From: Pyrinomonadaceae bacterium
GTDB lineage: Bacteria; Acidobacteriota; Blastocatellia; Pyrinomonadales; Pyrinomonadaceae
Reading direction: 5' to 3'
NCBI GenBank assembly: GCA_046313635.1
Contig: JBKBYA010000011.1
Span: 1 to 64,000, forward strand
Length of the DNA stretch: 64,000 nt
A model generated the notes under the pieces. The model did no database searches and was not told where the DNA came from. It saw nothing but the letters and a program-made list of their open reading frames with translations. Shown piece by piece: positions 1-11,964 of this stretch (position 1 is its first letter; every line of letters begins with the position of its first letter). Position numbers and translations under genes: made by a program.

Positions 1-663
<663 letters not shown>

Positions 664-733
664 AAGTTCTTACTAGCTTTATGGTTCGCATTTCACGAAC
701 CGTGTTTTCGAATTAACACATGGACTCGCATAT

Positions 734-750
734 CTAGTTTTCAAACATCA
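734..750 (-). promoter_or_regulatory. boxA-like antitermination element in rrn leader
   Basis: Minus strand TGATGTTTGAAAACTAG between the promoter and 16S resembles rrn leader boxA/processing motifs. Confidence 0.5.
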
Positions 751-786
751 ACTTTTGTTTCATCCCCGCTTGGGACGAAACTATTG

Positions 787-814
787 ATTATACAGAAATC
801 AATCTCGTTGTCAA
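787..814 (-). promoter_or_regulatory. sigma70 rRNA promoter
   Basis: Minus strand TTGACA (814-809), 16 bp, TATAAT (792-787): perfect hexamers with the 16-bp spacer typical of rrn promoters. Confidence 0.85.
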
Positions 815-879
815 GCCCCTGATGAATCCTATTTGATCCTTAACTTCGGCGACGAAGTTTTTGTCAGAGGCAAACATGT

Positions 880-908
880 ATTTTCTACACACACATGAAA
901 CTTGTCAA
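880..908 (-). promoter_or_regulatory. possible second (upstream) rRNA promoter
   Basis: Minus strand TTGACA at 908-903, 17 bp, then an imperfect -10 (GAAAAT). Confidence 0.4.
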
Positions 909-1451
909 GCCGGGGTGGCAGGCTACTTACAATCTCATCCGGAGCGAAGTAGACGCCGTGCCAAACCAAGCAACACAATTAAGCGTGAAGAAAAAACATA
1001 TTGTCCAAAGATCCACTCACGACCCCTGCCGAAATTGAATTCTCAGTTTGAGAGAATTTGACTTCTTAGCAACGATCCGCTCAGTTTTAACAGAGCCATC
1101 TAGGATGATTTGCTTTCCGACCTAGTTGGCTGCTTTTTTGAGCTTTGTTCTTACAGGTGCGCCGCGACCGCAGTGCCTTTCCGTATCACCGCGCCGGTGG
1201 CGAAAGATGATATTAACATCCCTGCTAAATTTGTCAAAGGGCCGCATCGTTCCACGAATTTGGAGCCTCTTTCCTGCCCTACCGCACCCAACTCTTCGGC
1301 GGGCGATCAGCATTTTCAATCCATTGAGGTCGAGATCGTGTCGCGGTCGCAGCAGTTTTGTGAGGGTCCCTTGCTGCTATCGCGGGCGGGGATTAAGACG
1401 TCAGCAAAGCCATAGCGGTTGCAAAATCATTTCAAGAGTTTTTGGATGAAC

Positions 1452-1526
1452 TGGAGCGGGCGACGAGGCTCGAACTCGCAACTTTCAGCTTGGGAAGCTG
1501 ACACTCTACCATTGAGTTACGCCCGC
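1452..1526 (-). tRNA. tRNA-Gly(CCC)
   Basis: Minus strand GCGGGCGTAACTCAATGGTAGAGTGTCAGCTTCCCAAGCTGAAAGTTGCGAGTTCGAGCCTCGTCGCCCGCTCCA: cloverleaf, anticodon CCC, GTTCGA T-loop, encoded CCA. Confidence 0.97.
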
Positions 1527-1567
1527 TCGAGTTGGCAGCACCGATTGTAACATCAAATCACTATTTG

Positions 1568-2077
1568 TCACGTCGCGTCCCGGCTCGCTAAAAGAAGTTC
1601 TATCAGCTCGCGCACTGCCCCACGCCCGCCTCCGACATTTGCAACGTAATCCGCCTTCTCCAGTACCTCGGGACGTGCGTCCTTCGGTGCTGCCGAGAGA
1701 CCCGCGAGACGCATCGGCGCGAGGTCGGGCAGATCGTCGCCCATATACGCGACCTGCTCCCACGACAGGTCCAGGTCCTCGACCAACCGAGAGAACAACG
1801 GCTCTTTATCCTCATTTCCCTGCAAGATGCGTGAAACCCCGAGCGGTTCAAAACGCGTCTTGACGATCGGCGAGTTGCGACCGGAGATTATCGCCGTTAT
1901 CCCCCCGACCGAATGCCACCGGACCAACCCCAGACCGTCCCTTACATCAAACACTTTTAGCTCCTCGCCAGAAACTCCATAATAAAGTCGACCGTCCGTC
2001 AGCACGCCGTCGCAGTCGAGGACAAGCAGTGTAACGCTACGAGCTTTCTCGGCGAGCGCGAGCGGATCGAGAGCCAT
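1568..2077 (-). CDS. kdsC: 3-deoxy-D-manno-octulosonate 8-phosphate phosphatase (HAD family)
   Basis: LVLDCDGVLTDG, FDVRDGLG and YMGDDLPD motifs; same operon as kdsA/kdsB. Start placed at ATG 2077, just after the upstream stop. Confidence 0.92.
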   Translation of the reverse strand: MALDPLALAEKARSVTLLVLDCDGVLTDGRLYYGVSGEELKVFDVRDGLGLVRWHSVGGITAIISGRNSPIVKTRFEPLGVSRILQGNEDKEPLFSRLVEDLDLSWEQVAYMGDDLPDLAPMRLAGLSAAPKDARPEVLEKADYVANVGGGRGAVRELIELLLASRDAT

Positions 2078-2078
2078 T

Positions 2079-4346
2079 TCAGCGAACCTCAAACATTTCT
2101 ACCGCCGCAAGCTTCCACCCGCCGGCAGTCCTCTCCAGACGAAAGACCGCGGTGCCTGCTTCAGGATCGCGGTTCAGCAGCTTGACCGAGACCTTTGCCT
2201 CGACCAGCATCGTGTCGGCCGCAAGCCTGTCGGCATACAAGACCTGCGTTTGCCATTGCTCGGTCGAACCCGAAACGCCGCTCGCGAATTTGGCCGCTTC
2301 GCCCGCCAGCAGCAGAGCATCGACCTCCGCCTTTCGGTTGGAGACCGCGGCCTTGTCAAACCTCGCGAAGTAGGCCTTCGCATCATCGTTCGCCGCGGCA
2401 GCCGGGCTGAGCCGAGACCTCAACGCGCGGGCCGCCAGGCTTGCTCCGTAGTCGGCGTCGGCAACGATCGCGGCCTCGGCCGATCTGATCGCCGCTGCCG
2501 ATTGGCCGCTCCTGGCTGATACCTCGGCCAGTCCTAAATTCGCCCACGCCAGACTTCTGGCCGTTGGCAGCTTCTCATCGAGTACGGCCTTGAATTCTCG
2601 CTCGGCATCGCCGGGTCGATTAAGCGCGAGCAAGGCCCTGGCCAGATATATTCGAACATCGTCATACCGAGGCAGGTCGCGAAGGACCGATCTGGCGGCG
2701 GTCTCGGCGCCGGCAAGATCCTGCTTATCGAAAAGTCGCTTTACCGCCAAGAGCCGGTCTCCCTCGGTAAACTCGCGAGGAGCGATATCGTCCGAATAAT
2801 CGATCTGCGGATAAAGCTTTTCGGAATCGATCTCCAGCCGAACGATCTTGGCGGCGGTCTTAAAGTTCACCTCGCCAAAGCTCCTTGCTCGTACCGTCGC
2901 CTGGGCAGACAAGGTTTCGCCGCTCGCGGCCCAGGCCTTTACCGTAACCGTCGCATCGATGCCGCCGGTGTTTCGGAGCGCCGCCTTTGTCTCAGTCATA
3001 TCCGTCTGCGGCAGGCCGACCATTAGGTTTGTGTCGGTTACCTGTTCCAATAAATGATCGACCAGCTCCTTTTGCGCAGAAAACGCGGCCCTCAATTCGG
3101 TCAGGTCGAGCTGTCCATCTTTTATGTTTGCCGCGATCGTCTCAAAAAATGTCTTCCGCCCGAGCCGACGATCCAGGAGCCTCCAAAACATCGCTCCTTT
3201 GTTTGCAACCTCCGAATAGTAGTAATCGCTGACCGGCGAAACGGTCGCAAGAGGCTCGTCGCGCTGTACGATCGCGGCATACGCTGATCGTTGACGTGCT
3301 CGCTCGACATCCGCGACCTCTTTGCCGAACCGCGCTTCGATGAATTCGGTTGCGATAAATCTCGGCAGCCCTTCTCGGATCGTCCCCTGCCCGATACCGT
3401 TGACCGCAACCGCGGACCCTATCCAAGTTTTTGCGATCGCTTCGGCCACGTTCATCACGGTTTGCGAGTCCAGCTTTGGCCGTCGGAATATTCCCTCATC
3501 GACGATGACCACGCCGCTGTCGCTGAATCCCGATCCGCGCCGTGCTGCGACCAATCTCACGGGAACGTCCGGGCCGGGCCCCAACAGGCCGGCGGCAAAC
3601 GCCCTCGCTTCGTTAGCGACAGCGGCGAGCTCGGCCGCTCGGGTCTGCGCGTCGGCATTCATGCCCTTGGGAAAATATACGGTCGACCCTCCGGCGGACG
3701 CCGTTTCCCAATTGCCTGCGATGAAAAACGGCTGCGCGTTCAGCTTCTGTTCAAAAGCCTGCCCGCTCGTCGTGCCTGACGACACGATCGTCAGCCCGCC
3801 CGGCGACGTCACGCTCAACCGAACCGGCGCGTAGTCCGCACCGCGGGCAAAGAACCAGCTGTTCGGCGTCGGGTACCAGAACGACTGCGGCAACAGCTGA
3901 GCTCCGATCGGCGAAAGTGTGCTTGTGCCCGAATTGTCCTTGATCGTCAATCTGTACTCGACGACCGCGGCGGCAGAAGCTCCGGCCGCGACCGACGGGA
4001 TCCTGATCGAGACACGCTGCAGGCTCCGCGATGCATCGACCTTCTCTTCGCGTTTAGAAAACTCGGCCGGCGACCCGTTAAACGTGACCGACGTGATCTC
4101 GACGCTCTGCGCGATCCTCAGCGTCAACGCCTGGGCAGGTTCGGCCGAGACGTTCTTCAGACTTAGCGTGGCCTTTATCGGGATGCCGCGGTCTGTCTCA
4201 GCCGTCGGCAGCGTGACGGAGAGATCGTATTTGAGGACTTGCCAAGTGGCGTTGGGAACGGCGACACGGGCGTCGTCCTGCGCCTTGCCGCGCCCGGCAA
4301 ACAGCGCCATCGCGCACAACAGCAAGATTAAGAATTTAGATTTCAT
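2079..4346 (-). CDS. secreted M1-aminopeptidase-fold protein with C-terminal TPR repeats, zinc motif degenerate
   Basis: Signal peptide; M1-like segments (SFWYP, IREGLPRF, YYSEVANKGAMFWRLL) without HEXXH; TPR-like helices near the C-terminus. Confidence 0.7.
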   Translation of the reverse strand: MKSKFLILLLCAMALFAGRGKAQDDARVAVPNATWQVLKYDLSVTLPTAETDRGIPIKATLSLKNVSAEPAQALTLRIAQSVEITSVTFNGSPAEFSKREEKVDASRSLQRVSIRIPSVAAGASAAAVVEYRLTIKDNSGTSTLSPIGAQLLPQSFWYPTPNSWFFARGADYAPVRLSVTSPGGLTIVSSGTTSGQAFEQKLNAQPFFIAGNWETASAGGSTVYFPKGMNADAQTRAAELAAVANEARAFAAGLLGPGPDVPVRLVAARRGSGFSDSGVVIVDEGIFRRPKLDSQTVMNVAEAIAKTWIGSAVAVNGIGQGTIREGLPRFIATEFIEARFGKEVADVERARQRSAYAAIVQRDEPLATVSPVSDYYYSEVANKGAMFWRLLDRRLGRKTFFETIAANIKDGQLDLTELRAAFSAQKELVDHLLEQVTDTNLMVGLPQTDMTETKAALRNTGGIDATVTVKAWAASGETLSAQATVRARSFGEVNFKTAAKIVRLEIDSEKLYPQIDYSDDIAPREFTEGDRLLAVKRLFDKQDLAGAETAARSVLRDLPRYDDVRIYLARALLALNRPGDAEREFKAVLDEKLPTARSLAWANLGLAEVSARSGQSAAAIRSAEAAIVADADYGASLAARALRSRLSPAAAANDDAKAYFARFDKAAVSNRKAEVDALLLAGEAAKFASGVSGSTEQWQTQVLYADRLAADTMLVEAKVSVKLLNRDPEAGTAVFRLERTAGGWKLAAVEMFEVR

Positions 4347-4362
4347 TGATGATTGGCTGAGA

Positions 4363-5178
4363 TCAGTTGTTGACGATCGTGTGAATTTCTTTGAGCTTCA
4401 CGAGCAGCCCTTCGAGCCGCGCGAGCGGAAGCTGGTTCGGCCCGTCGCTCGGGGCACGCGACGGGTCGTCGTGCACTTCCATAAAGACCGCATCGACGCC
4501 GCATGCGACACCCGCACGCGCGAAGTTTTCGATGTACTCGGATTGCCCGCCCGTTGCTTTACCGAGTCCGCCCGGCAGCTGCAGCGAATGCGTCACGTCA
4601 AACACGACCGGTACGCCAAAGCCGCGCATGATCGGGAACGAGCGCATATCCACGATCAGATTGTTATAGCCGAAGCTCGCTCCGCGCTCGGTCAGCAGGA
4701 TCTTTTCGCAGCCCGCCGACCCAAGCTTTTCGACGATATTCTTCGCGTCCCAAGGCGCGAGAAATTGGCCTTTCTTGACGTTGACGGCCTTGCCGGTCTC
4801 GGCCGCGGCGACGAGCAGATCGGTCTGTCTGCAGAGGAACGCCGGGATCTGCAGAATGTCCGCGACCTCTGCCACCTTCGCCGCCTGCCAAGGTTCGTGA
4901 ATATCGGTGATCACCGGCACCCCAAACTCGTCCTTGACCTTCGCAAGGATCTCGAGACCAAACTCCATTCCCTGCCCGCGAAAGCTCTCGATCGAGCTGC
5001 GATTCGCCTTATCGAATGAAGACTTGTAAACGAGATCGAGCCCGACGCGTCCGCAGATCTCGCCGATCGACGACGCCATCAGTCGTGCATGTTCGAGCGA
5101 CTCGACGACGCATGGCCCTGCGATGATCGCGAGGCGGCCGTCACCGAAGGCGACATTTCCAACTTCAAATTTCTGCAT
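4363..5178 (-). CDS. kdsA: 3-deoxy-8-phosphooctulonate (KDO8P) synthase
   Basis: [43 protein letters not shown] and DVTHSLQ motifs. Start at ATG 5178. Confidence 0.97.
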   Translation of the reverse strand: MQKFEVGNVAFGDGRLAIIAGPCVVESLEHARLMASSIGEICGRVGLDLVYKSSFDKANRSSIESFRGQGMEFGLEILAKVKDEFGVPVITDIHEPWQAAKVAEVADILQIPAFLCRQTDLLVAAAETGKAVNVKKGQFLAPWDAKNIVEKLGSAGCEKILLTERGASFGYNNLIVDMRSFPIMRGFGVPVVFDVTHSLQLPGGLGKATGGQSEYIENFARAGVACGVDAVFMEVHDDPSRAPSDGPNQLPLARLEGLLVKLKEIHTIVNN

Positions 5179-5255
5179 AGAGAGTGCCGACAGACCGCGA
5201 CAGAGTAGCACACGTCCGCGTTGCCAAAAACGGCAGCAAAAACGATAAGCTTCGA

Positions 5256-6974
<1,719 letters not shown>

Positions 6975-7000
6975 CTAAAACCTGTTCGCCGCACTTCCCT

Positions 7001-7807
7001 TCAAATCTGCATCTCGATCATCGAACGCACTCGCTCGTAATCATCGAGCGTATCGACGCCGATCGACGTGCCGCTCACTTCGACGACGCGGATCGTCGCT
7101 CCATTCTCCAGAGCACGCAGCTGCTCGAGCGACTCGAGCGTCTCGAGAGGCGACGGCTCCATCGCCGCAAATCTCAGCAGAAACTCCCGCCGATAAACGT
7201 ACAGACCGGTGTGCTTGCGAAAATTTCGGACAAGCTCGGGCTTGACCTGCAAAGCCCTTTCGATGCTGCCCGCGTCGAGCGCGGCCGCCCGCGGAAACGG
7301 CACCGGCGAACGTGAAAAATAAAGCGCGTTGCCGCGAACGTCGGTCACCACCTTGACCACATTCGGATCGAGTACGTCCCGCACGTCGTCGATCGGCTCG
7401 CATGTCGTCGCGATATCGACGCTGGGCTCCTTCAGAATGCACTCGACCGCCTTCTCGATGTTTTCCGACGGAATGAGCGGCTCGTCGCCCTGAACGTTAA
7501 CGACGATCGTACCGGCCGGCAGATCTCTCGCGACCTCGGCGATCCGGTCGCTGCCGGAAGGGTGGTCGGTTGACGTCATCACGACCTCAACGCCCTCGGC
7601 TGCCGCGACCTCGGCGATCCGCTCGTCATCGGTCGCGACGATCACGCGGTCGACATTCCGCGCCGCGCGGGAGCGATCGACGGTGTGGAGTATCAGCGGC
7701 CGTCCGCCCAAGGGCAAAAGCAATTTGCCCGGCAAACGCGTGGACGCATATCGTGCCGGAATGATCGCTGCTACAAATTGTTCAGGATTTTTCCCGTGTG
7801 ACTCCAC
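7001..7807 (-). CDS. kdsB: 3-deoxy-manno-octulosonate cytidylyltransferase
   Basis: IIPARYASTRLPGKLL, VNVQGDEP, ALYFSRSPVP and LESLEQLRALE motifs. Confidence 0.97.
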   Translation of the reverse strand: MESHGKNPEQFVAAIIPARYASTRLPGKLLLPLGGRPLILHTVDRSRAARNVDRVIVATDDERIAEVAAAEGVEVVMTSTDHPSGSDRIAEVARDLPAGTIVVNVQGDEPLIPSENIEKAVECILKEPSVDIATTCEPIDDVRDVLDPNVVKVVTDVRGNALYFSRSPVPFPRAAALDAGSIERALQVKPELVRNFRKHTGLYVYRREFLLRFAAMEPSPLETLESLEQLRALENGATIRVVEVSGTSIGVDTLDDYERVRSMIEMQI

Positions 7808-7863
7808 GGGCTTTCAGCATATAGGCTGAGGCGCCAAAAGGCAAGAATGCCGCGTCGAGACGG

Positions 7864-8766
7864 TTGCTCATCTCAGACGCATTCCCTACACTCGGGTCTG
7901 TGCCGAACTCAACATCGAGAGACGAATATTACGCCGACCTTCCGCTCCCCGTGGACGGCTCCAGTGCCGCGCCGCTCGGGCCGAACAACCCGCCCTGGAA
8001 TGCGGCGGCGGGGCTCGGCGTTTGGCTGCTGAGCGTGCTGCTGATCATTGTGATGCCGAATCTCTTCGTCATCCCGTACGCGGTCAGCCGCCAGATATCG
8101 CTCAACGACTCGGCACGACTCGTCGACTTTCTCCAGTCGGACGCGACCGCCGTGCTGCTTGGTCTGCTGGCGATACTGCCGGCCCACGTTCTCACGCTGC
8201 TGGCGGCGTGGGCGGTCGCGACAAAGCTGAACAGATACTCGTTTCGCCAGACGCTCGGCTGGGAGATGGGGCCGGTCAAGCTTTGGCATCTTGCGGCGAT
8301 ATTGATCGGCTTTTTTCTCTTCGCTCTGGCGCTGAATCAGATCTCGCCCGAGCAGGACAACAGTCTGCTCAAGATCCTTCGAAGCTCGCGACATGCTGTC
8401 CTCCTGACAGCCTTCCTTGCGACATTCACGGCGCCGTTCGTCGAGGAGGTCGTCTATCGCGGTGTGCTGTATTCGGGCTTTCAGCGATTGACGGGCGCTC
8501 CGCTGGCGATAATCGTCATTACCGCGCTCTTTTCGCTCGTCCACGTCCCGCAGTACTACCCGAGCTGGACGACGATAGTCCTGCTGACGCTGCTCAGTCT
8601 GATCCTGACGCTGGTGCGTGCGTGGTCGGGCAATCTGCTGCCGTGCGTGGTGCTGCACTTTCTCTTTAACGGGATCCAGTCGCTCGGGCTCGTCTTCGGT
8701 CCGGACCTAAACGTACCGGACGCTCCGCCGGATGCCGTCGGCTTTGTATTCCAGCTTTTAAAATGA
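7864..8766 (+). CDS. CPBP (CAAX protease self-immunity) family intramembrane metalloprotease
   Basis: APFVEEVVYRG, FSLVH and HFLFN motifs; multiple TM helices. Exact start uncertain. Confidence 0.88.
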   Translation: MLISDAFPTLGSVPNSTSRDEYYADLPLPVDGSSAAPLGPNNPPWNAAAGLGVWLLSVLLIIVMPNLFVIPYAVSRQISLNDSARLVDFLQSDATAVLLGLLAILPAHVLTLLAAWAVATKLNRYSFRQTLGWEMGPVKLWHLAAILIGFFLFALALNQISPEQDNSLLKILRSSRHAVLLTAFLATFTAPFVEEVVYRGVLYSGFQRLTGAPLAIIVITALFSLVHVPQYYPSWTTIVLLTLLSLILTLVRAWSGNLLPCVVLHFLFNGIQSLGLVFGPDLNVPDAPPDAVGFVFQLLK

Positions 8767-8793
8767 GATTCGGGGGCCGCGGCCCCCGAATCT
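8766..8793. terminator. perfect 28-bp palindrome between convergent genes (probable bidirectional terminator)
   Basis: AGATTCGGGGGCCG|CGGCCCCCGAATCT between stops at 8766 and 8800. Confidence 0.7.
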
Positions 8794-8799
8794 GTTTGA

Positions 8800-9993
8800 T
8801 CAATTGTCGCCTTTTCGCCCGGCTGTCGGTGTGTTGATCGGGACCGATACCGGCGGCGCCGGTGCTGACGGGACCGGCGTCGAAGGGATGAAGATCGGCG
8901 GCGAATCGACCATATCGGGCCGTTCGCGACGATTGAAGACGCGGTCACCACTGCTCTCGACCTGCTGGAACGGCGGTCTCACGCCGCGCCGCTCGGTCGC
9001 CGGTGTGCCCGTCGAACCGCCGCCGGTGCCGCCGCCAGAACCGGTGCCGCCATTGCCGCCATTGCCGCCGCCGCGTCCTCTGCCCAGGTACCACCACGGA
9101 TCTCGGTACATCCAAGGCGGCATTCCGATGTTCCAAAGGTCGTATGAGTAATACCAGCCGTACGGCGAAGACCATCCGCTGCCGAACGGGACAAAACACC
9201 AGCGGCGACGCCACGGCTCCATCACCCATACACCGAACGAATCGTACATGTTCCATCCGCTGCCGCGGTAAGAGCTGATCAGGGCGTTACGAAGCTGCTT
9301 GCGCTGAAGCTGCGCGTTGAGCTTGCTGGCCTCACGCGCTCTGTCCTTGCTCCACTCCGACAGACCGTCAGCATCGTCGATACTCTTTGCGACCTCGACC
9401 CCCGAAGGTCGGAGCGTGGCCGTGCGGCCGCTCTTGACCTCGGTCGCGCCGGCAGCGGTCGCGCCGACCGCAACGCGGCCCTTGATCACCGAGAGTCGCG
9501 TCGTCGCCGCATCGACCACGTCGATACGAAACACACCAGATCGCTTGAATTTGACCTCGCTGCCCGGCGTCGCGACCGATACGACAAAGTCCTCGCCGGC
9601 GATGATCTCGAGGATCGCGCTGCCCGACGCAAGCTCGAGCCTCAGGTCTTCGAGCGACGTGCGGTTGAACTTGAATCTTGAGTTGCCGCCGAGCCGAACG
9701 AAAGAGCCGGGGTTGAGCAGCAGCTCGGCCTTGCCGTCGGCCGAGGTCAAAACCCTGTCGCCGATCTCCAGCTTGTCGCCCGCGGAGAGGTCGGCACGTG
9801 CGGAGCTACCGCTCTTGATCACCTCGACCTTGCCGGCGATGACATTTACCCCGCCCGCATCGGCCGAGATCACGTAGCGAGGGCTGGCCGATGCTCCGGC
9901 AGCAGCGGCGACATTCGGATCCTGCGCTCGAGCTGCTCCGCCCAGCACCGCGATGAGGCCTAATACAGTAGCAGCGACCAAACTTCTTTTCAT
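8800..9993 (-). CDS. secreted FecR-domain protein with Trp-rich and Gly/Pro-rich tail
   Basis: Signal peptide MKRSLVAATVLG; FecR-like GDRVLT..GKAELLLNPGSFVRLGGNS and GVFRIDV..LSVIKGRV. True start ATG 9993, not 10443. Confidence 0.8.
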   Translation of the reverse strand: MKRSLVAATVLGLIAVLGGAARAQDPNVAAAAGASASPRYVISADAGGVNVIAGKVEVIKSGSSARADLSAGDKLEIGDRVLTSADGKAELLLNPGSFVRLGGNSRFKFNRTSLEDLRLELASGSAILEIIAGEDFVVSVATPGSEVKFKRSGVFRIDVVDAATTRLSVIKGRVAVGATAAGATEVKSGRTATLRPSGVEVAKSIDDADGLSEWSKDRAREASKLNAQLQRKQLRNALISSYRGSGWNMYDSFGVWVMEPWRRRWCFVPFGSGWSSPYGWYYSYDLWNIGMPPWMYRDPWWYLGRGRGGGNGGNGGTGSGGGTGGGSTGTPATERRGVRPPFQQVESSGDRVFNRRERPDMVDSPPIFIPSTPVPSAPAPPVSVPINTPTAGRKGDN

Positions 9994-10176
9994 ATATTTT
10001 CTCCGGACCAGGTTTTGAGGAGAGTTGGCACGATGATAGTCCTTCGTTCTTGATAATTCAACGATTTGTCGTACATTGCGCTCGGCTGCCGGCAGCCTCC
10101 GGCCGCCGCCAACTTTCTGAACAACCCCGCGGCATACTTCGTAATCAAAGTCGCAGCCCGAGTCTGGGCGTAATAA

Positions 10177-10434
10177 ATGGCGACATTTCGAGATCCAGAT
10201 AGAACATTTGCACCGATCGAGGTGGCCGAGCGGCTCCTCGAGATCAGGGCCGACGCCGGTTTTGCGGCGACGCTCTATCTCGACCGCTCGCATCAGCTCA
10301 CAGACATATTGGATGCATACGGCTTTGATATTTACGCCTTCTCGACCGTTAACGAAAAGATAAATTACGACCGCTCGACAATGCCGGTCGTGCCCGGCGG
10401 CGACAACATCCACAGCTCGGTCATGGCGCACTAA
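10177..10434 (+). CDS. small hypothetical protein (85 aa)
   Basis: ATG-initiated ORF in otherwise intergenic space, followed by a hairpin at 10474-10501; no family recognised. Confidence 0.45.
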   Translation: MATFRDPDRTFAPIEVAERLLEIRADAGFAATLYLDRSHQLTDILDAYGFDIYAFSTVNEKINYDRSTMPVVPGGDNIHSSVMAH

Positions 10435-10473
10435 AAGTTTCAACTACAACTGAAGAACGCAGTAGATAGGAAA

Positions 10474-10501
10474 AAGAGGCCGTCTGAAAAGGCGGCCTCT
10501 T
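10474..10501. terminator. terminator-like hairpin, exact inverted copy at 30367-30394
   Basis: AAGAGGCCGTCTGAAAAGGCGGCCTCTT. Confidence 0.7.
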
Positions 10502-10659
10502 ATTCATTGATGGTCTTCTCGCGCGGCTTTTGCCGCGGGGACGTGAACATTCAAATGGCGTTTCAATGCCGGCGCCGAGATTTGACCAGCCCTGACCACA
10601 TCCTAATGCGACGCGGCTGCAATTCAGAACAAGCCAAACGCTTCGGACGATCTCTCTTA

Positions 10660-11964
10660 CTACAGTGCCTTGACTATGAAGAGCGTGCCGTCGTCATCGA
10701 GGAACTTGCGGTCGGTAAAGTCCGCGACGCCTTTACGGATGTGGTCGATCAGCTTTTTGGCGGGCATGTCGATCCCTTCGAGCACGCGTTTGGCAAAGCG
10801 GTCGAGGCCATATTCTTCGCCGGCGGCGCTCGTCGCCTCGATTATGCCGTCCGTGTATATCACCATTACCTGCCCGCGCTCGAATCGGATGAAGTGCTGG
10901 TGATAATGCATATCGCGAAACATCCCGAGCGGCGTGTCGCCGTACTCGACGTAGCGGTATTCGCCGTCGGGCTTGATCAGAAGCGGCGGATTGTGTCCCG
11001 CATTTGAAAAGACGAACGTCCGGTTGGTGCTGTCGAGGATGCCGTATATGCCCGTGATGAACTGGTGCTCCTCGACCGAATCCCAAAGCAGGTTGTTGAC
11101 CTTGGCAAGAGCGATATTCGGCCCGTAGCCGATCTGCACGCCCGCTCGCAGCGACGCCCGTAGGAACGACATCAGCAGTGCGGCCGGCATTCCTTTGCCG
11201 ACGGCGTCCGCGACGACGATCCCGATCTGGTCCTCAAAGATCTGCACCCAATCGTAATAGTCGCCCGACACCTCTTCGGTCGGAAAGACGTATGCACTGA
11301 TGTCGAAGTTCGGCAGGCACGGGTCATTGTCCGGCAGCAGCTCTAGCTGCACCTGCCTTGCGACCTCGAGCTGGGCCTCGATGCGCTTCTTTTCGACCAC
11401 TTGGTCAAGGAGCCTGACCTTTTCGATGATGATCGCTACCTGCGACGTGAGGAGCTGGAGGATGGCGAGGTCCTCCTCCGAGTACGCGGCCAGCCGGTCG
11501 CTCTCGAGATCGAAGACGCCGATCACCTTGTCGTTTGAAATGATCGGGGCGACCAGCTCAGATCTCGTTTGAGGACGTGCGGCAAAGTATCGCGGGTCGC
11601 GGCTCACGTCGCTGCAGATGATGGGCCTGCCCGTCTGTGCGACCGTTCCGATAAATCCCTCGCCGAGCTTGAGCCGAGGGGTTACGAGCTGCTTGCTGAT
11701 GGCATAGCCGCGGATCACCTTTGACCGAAAGACATGCTGGTCGTGGTCGTCGTCGCGCTCGATAAGGTAGATGCCTGCCGCGTCGTAATGAATGAGCGAG
11801 CCGAGTGTGTCCATCACGAGATTGAGCATCTCGTCGAGATCGAGGGTCGTGCTGATCGCGCGGGTGATCTCGAGCAGCATCCGAAGCTTGTCCTCGGTCT
11901 TTAAGCTCGCGTCCGGAACGCTTGATCTGACCTCGCTTTCAATCATCGTCGTTGCGGGCGTCAA
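10660..11964 (-). CDS. GAF-domain PP2C/SpoIIE (RsbU-like) phosphoserine phosphatase
   Basis: N-terminal GAF domain (GEGFIGTVAQTG, TRSELVAPI); SpoIIE motifs VSGDYYD, VADAVGKG, SNAGHNPP, YTDGIIE and DDDGT. Confidence 0.92.
   Translation of the reverse strand: MTPATTMIESEVRSSVPDASLKTEDKLRMLLEITRAISTTLDLDEMLNLVMDTLGSLIHYDAAGIYLIERDDDHDQHVFRSKVIRGYAISKQLVTPRLKLGEGFIGTVAQTGRPIICSDVSRDPRYFAARPQTRSELVAPIISNDKVIGVFDLESDRLAAYSEEDLAILQLLTSQVAIIIEKVRLLDQVVEKKRIEAQLEVARQVQLELLPDNDPCLPNFDISAYVFPTEEVSGDYYDWVQIFEDQIGIVVADAVGKGMPAALLMSFLRASLRAGVQIGYGPNIALAKVNNLLWDSVEEHQFITGIYGILDSTNRTFVFSNAGHNPPLLIKPDGEYRYVEYGDTPLGMFRDMHYHQHFIRFERGQVMVIYTDGIIEATSAAGEEYGLDRFAKRVLEGIDMPAKKLIDHIRKGVADFTDRKFLDDDGTLFIVKAL

Noticed and set aside
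1110..1449. Short overlapping ORFs and a possible integration scar downstream of tRNA-Gly
   Set aside because: No recognisable motifs, no second copy of the tRNA 3' end noticed, and no integrase in the window.
9994..10443. N-terminal 150 aa of the 547-aa ORF call
   Set aside because: The signal peptide and RBS indicate a start at 9993; the extension is an open-frame artefact. The same applies to the long 5' extensions called for glnE, etfA, fabF and the M14 peptidase.
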